The translations under genes and the position numbers were made by a program. Below are positions 60,085 through 64,000 of a stretch of DNA of 64,000 nucleotides, one piece after another (within the stretch, counting starts at the first letter, position 1; every line of letters begins with the position of its first letter). This DNA comes from Eledone cirrhosa. Its lineage: Eukaryota. The notes under the pieces are model-generated. The model searched no databases. It had not been told where the DNA came from and was given only the letters and a program-made list of their open reading frames with translations. The stretch is taken from the NCBI GenBank assembly GCA_964016885.1, contig OZ024740.1:49476001-49540000 (forward strand), written 5' to 3'.

Positions 60085-60176
60085 GGGCCGGTCGATTGGC
60101 AGTATCGGTAGAGGGCGGGACACCATGCTTTCTAGCAGAGAGTTGCGGTCCTTGCCATTCTGAGTTCAAATCCCGC
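60085..60176 (+). mobile_element. SINE family A, 5' half
   Basis: A and B boxes, then runs into a GT-rich tract. Confidence 0.8.
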
Positions 60177-60557
60177 TGTGTGTGTAGATGTGTGTGTGTG
60201 TGTATGTATCCATGTGTGTGGGCGGGTTTGTATATGTGTCTGTGTGTGAGGGTGGGCGAGGGGTAGGAACAGTTCGTACATGTGTGTGCATCTGTATGTG
60301 TGCGTGTGTGGTGTATGCATGTGTGTAGGAATGTGATGTGTAGTTGTGTGTGGTGTGTGGTGTGTGGTGTGGTGTGGTGTGTTGTGTGTGTATCAAATGC
60401 TACTCAACTTCTGTCAACATTCCAGCCCGATCATTATTTAACTCAGCTTTCTTTCATGAAATTCACATTCGTTATATTAATCACGGGCTACGTTTTAGCA
60501 CAATTATAAGTATGTATGGTATGTTTTTTTAGTAAGTGTATATAAACCGGCGATTAA

Positions 60558-60597
<40 letters not shown>

Positions 60598-60789
60598 TGT
60601 GTGTGTGTGTGTGTGTGTAACACATTTAATATACAAATGGCTTCTATAGGACTAGAACTGTTTCATTCGTAGGAAATCATCAGCGATTTCCTGATGATTT
60701 CCTTCCGATTGAAACAGTTCTAGTCCCGTAGAAGCCATTTTTATATTAAATGTGTTGTATACACTTTACTAATGTATTGAGTACCTCGG

Positions 60790-60906
<117 letters not shown>

Positions 60907-61584
60907 GAGATATATACCATTTATGCTAGGCTGTTTATCAATGGGGTAAAACTGATGATTCCAGTTAGTACATGATGATACAATCCTGTTATCTTATGGA
61001 ACTAATTCTGAAATTAATGCCTGATGAAATCGCCTTTTCTTGCATCATGATTGGATGATGAAACTAGGCCATCGAAATATGTATAGTGCTTCCGAGGAAT
61101 TTATATTCAAACGAAAGTTTTCAGTCCGGCTTGCTGTTGTTTTTTATTGAATATATATATTCATATGCAAGGATGAAACATTAGTGTCAACAGTTTTGTT
61201 TGCATGCCAACAAAAGAGCAAGAATGAGGGGCTCATTCTACTGACATGGCTTAAAAGAGGCTGTTTCCATGATTGCAAACGAATCGAATATTATTATTAA
61301 TATTCGAAAAACTCAGATTACATTTATTGTATCTCAGTCATGTATAACGATAACGTTTTGTTAGTTATTTGAATAAGGCAAAACCGGTCATTAATTGCAG
61401 GTATACAGGGAAACTGACTGGCCTGTCTGCTGATACTGAAATCTGGCTGATCAGTGGGTCTGCTAATATGCAGATCTGACTCATCAGCTAGTCTGCTAAT
61501 ATGCAAATCAGGCCGGTCAGTCACTGTATATTTTAGAAAATAGCATATATTTTCACCAGGTCTGACAGTTGGCAGGTGAGCAGT

Positions 61585-61634
61585 GAACTGTGCTGATGAA
61601 GGGTAATACCCAGAAACTTTAGTGTCTGCAGTTC
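61585..61634 (+). ncRNA. Type I hammerhead ribozyme
   Basis: GAACTGTG-CTGATGA-A-GGGT-aat-ACCC-A-GAAAC-tttagt-GTC-TGCAGTTC; 8-bp stem I, GUC site. Confidence 0.85.
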
Positions 61635-61768
61635 TGTTTACATGCCAACACAAGATCAAGAATGAAGTGGTCATTCTACTGACATGGCTTAAAAGAGGCT
61701 GTTTGCATAATTGCAAACGAATCGAATATTATTATTAATATTCTAAAACTCAGATTACATTTATTATA

Positions 61769-61806
<38 letters not shown>

Positions 61807-61815
61807 TACATATGT

Positions 61816-61922
<107 letters not shown>

Positions 61923-62364
61923 ATATTTATGTATATATGAATAAATGTAACTATATACTATATACCGAAATATATAGGGACAATTAAATCTCTCCCAAGG
62001 TTACTCTTTCTCGTGTTGTTATTTTTATTTTTATCCTTTACGCCTCTTTCCTTCATTCCTCTACACGCTACAGTCTTATACACGCCACACATCTCAACGT
62101 ACACCCACTTACATCTCTCTCTCCACGACCGGATCTTGTTACCCGGAGATTTACCCATCTGCATTGTCGAGGCTTCCAAACGACTTAAAGATACTATATA
62201 CTGTATATGTGTGTTTGTATATATATATATATATATCGTATGCATATATGCACGTACGTGCGTTGTACATGCATATATGTATATTTGTATGAATGTACCT
62301 ATATATGCACTCAAATATACATGTATAAAAGAGGCTATATATATATTATATATATATATATATA

Positions 62365-63000
<636 letters not shown>

Positions 63001-63129
63001 TGAATACTATCTCCGACAGTAATGCCTCAACTACAGTCAGGTTGAATAATTGGTCATTCTTCTAATTGGTTATTCTTCTAATAATTGGTTATTATTCTAA
63101 ATACATAATTCATTTTACAAGGATTTGCT

Positions 63130-64000
63130 ACAAACAGCATGGCTGAACACAACATCAACAAAAAAATTAAGGAAGTACCGAAGACAAATAACAAGGAAGG
63201 TAATCAAACTTTATTCAGTTGTAGCTACAGAAGAAACCGAAATTATAAATCGCATTTCTCATGGAGTTGCGAACTTAATAATGATTTATTTAATTGTTAT
63301 AAAATGGCAAAAAACAATCCCTCCATTGGCTATATGAATAGAATGAACCTACACTGGGACGAAATGCACCCAGAGCTAAATTATTTCACAGCAAAACAAT
63401 TACGCCAACAAGCGACGTTTGTTGAACGTAAAAATAAGATAAATATTATTAATTGTAAGTCCCCTACAACAAACATGTTATCAACAACACGTGCTACAGG
63501 TCGCCATGCTACTAGACTTCCTAGCAGCCAGGTCGAACAGCATCTTGAAACAACTATGCCTGTAAGAAACTTGACACCACCTGTACCATCTAAGTACCAC
63601 CTGTACCATCTAAGTCTACCTCGAATGCTGGGGAACAAAAATCTTGACCTGGTTACAACGTTCTCAAAGGATATAGGAATCGAGTTTGGCCAAGATAAAT
63701 GCTCATACATGATTGTAAAGCGGGGAAAAATAACAACCCAATCTAGAACATTGTCATCAATGGCCTAACTGTTTCACCGATATCTGATGAGGACTGCTAC
63801 AGATACCTGGGGATAGATGAGAACATATCCTATAATGGTATCTGTAATAAAGAACGCGTAACCAGGGAATACTACACCCAATTAAGAAAGATCTGGTCAT
63901 CGGAACTCTCTGCGCAAAACAAAACAGTGGCTCACAATGTGTTTGCTGTGCCTGTCTTAACACCAACGTTTGGAATACTCAATTGGACGATAGACGAAAT
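63130..64000 (+). mobile_element. R4/Dong-like LINE fragment, internally deleted, running off the window
   Basis: W..ELN..L..CY..A...GYMNRM...W...HP; then TFSKDIGIEFGQDKC, YRYLGIDE, LRKIWSSELSA.NK...NVFAVPVL..FGILNWT..E. Confidence 0.8.

Noticed and set aside
60945-61080. Two CTGATGA boxes with nearby GAAA
   Set aside because: Could not form stem I together with a valid NUH site

Overview
AT-rich, repeat-saturated eukaryotic non-coding DNA. The SINE families and (TA)n/(CA)n density suggest a cephalopod, probably octopus (inference). No host protein-coding gene is recognisable; most long ORFs are translated microsatellites. Contents: about 13 tRNA-derived SINE copies in two families, mariner remnants and MITEs, five or more non-autonomous Helitrons, and broken LINEs (Tx1/L1-, CRE- and R4-like). 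It also holds Penelope-like element (PLE) pieces: an intact 295-aa GIY-YIG endonuclease ORF with Naiad-type Cys motifs, a degenerate second endonuclease end, and an RT fragment. The main hidden signal is about ten unrelated short repeat families, mostly in (TA)n tracts and many folded back as inverted repeats. Each carries its own type I hammerhead ribozyme motif (CUGANGA...GAAA...NUH). Several have non-canonical cores, long stem II inserts or a U-U/A-A mismatch closing stem II. One of these ribozymes lies in the 3' repeat of the endonuclease-coding PLE, which ties the set to PLE pseudo-LTRs. All structures were folded by eye, and coordinates are approximate to a few bases.
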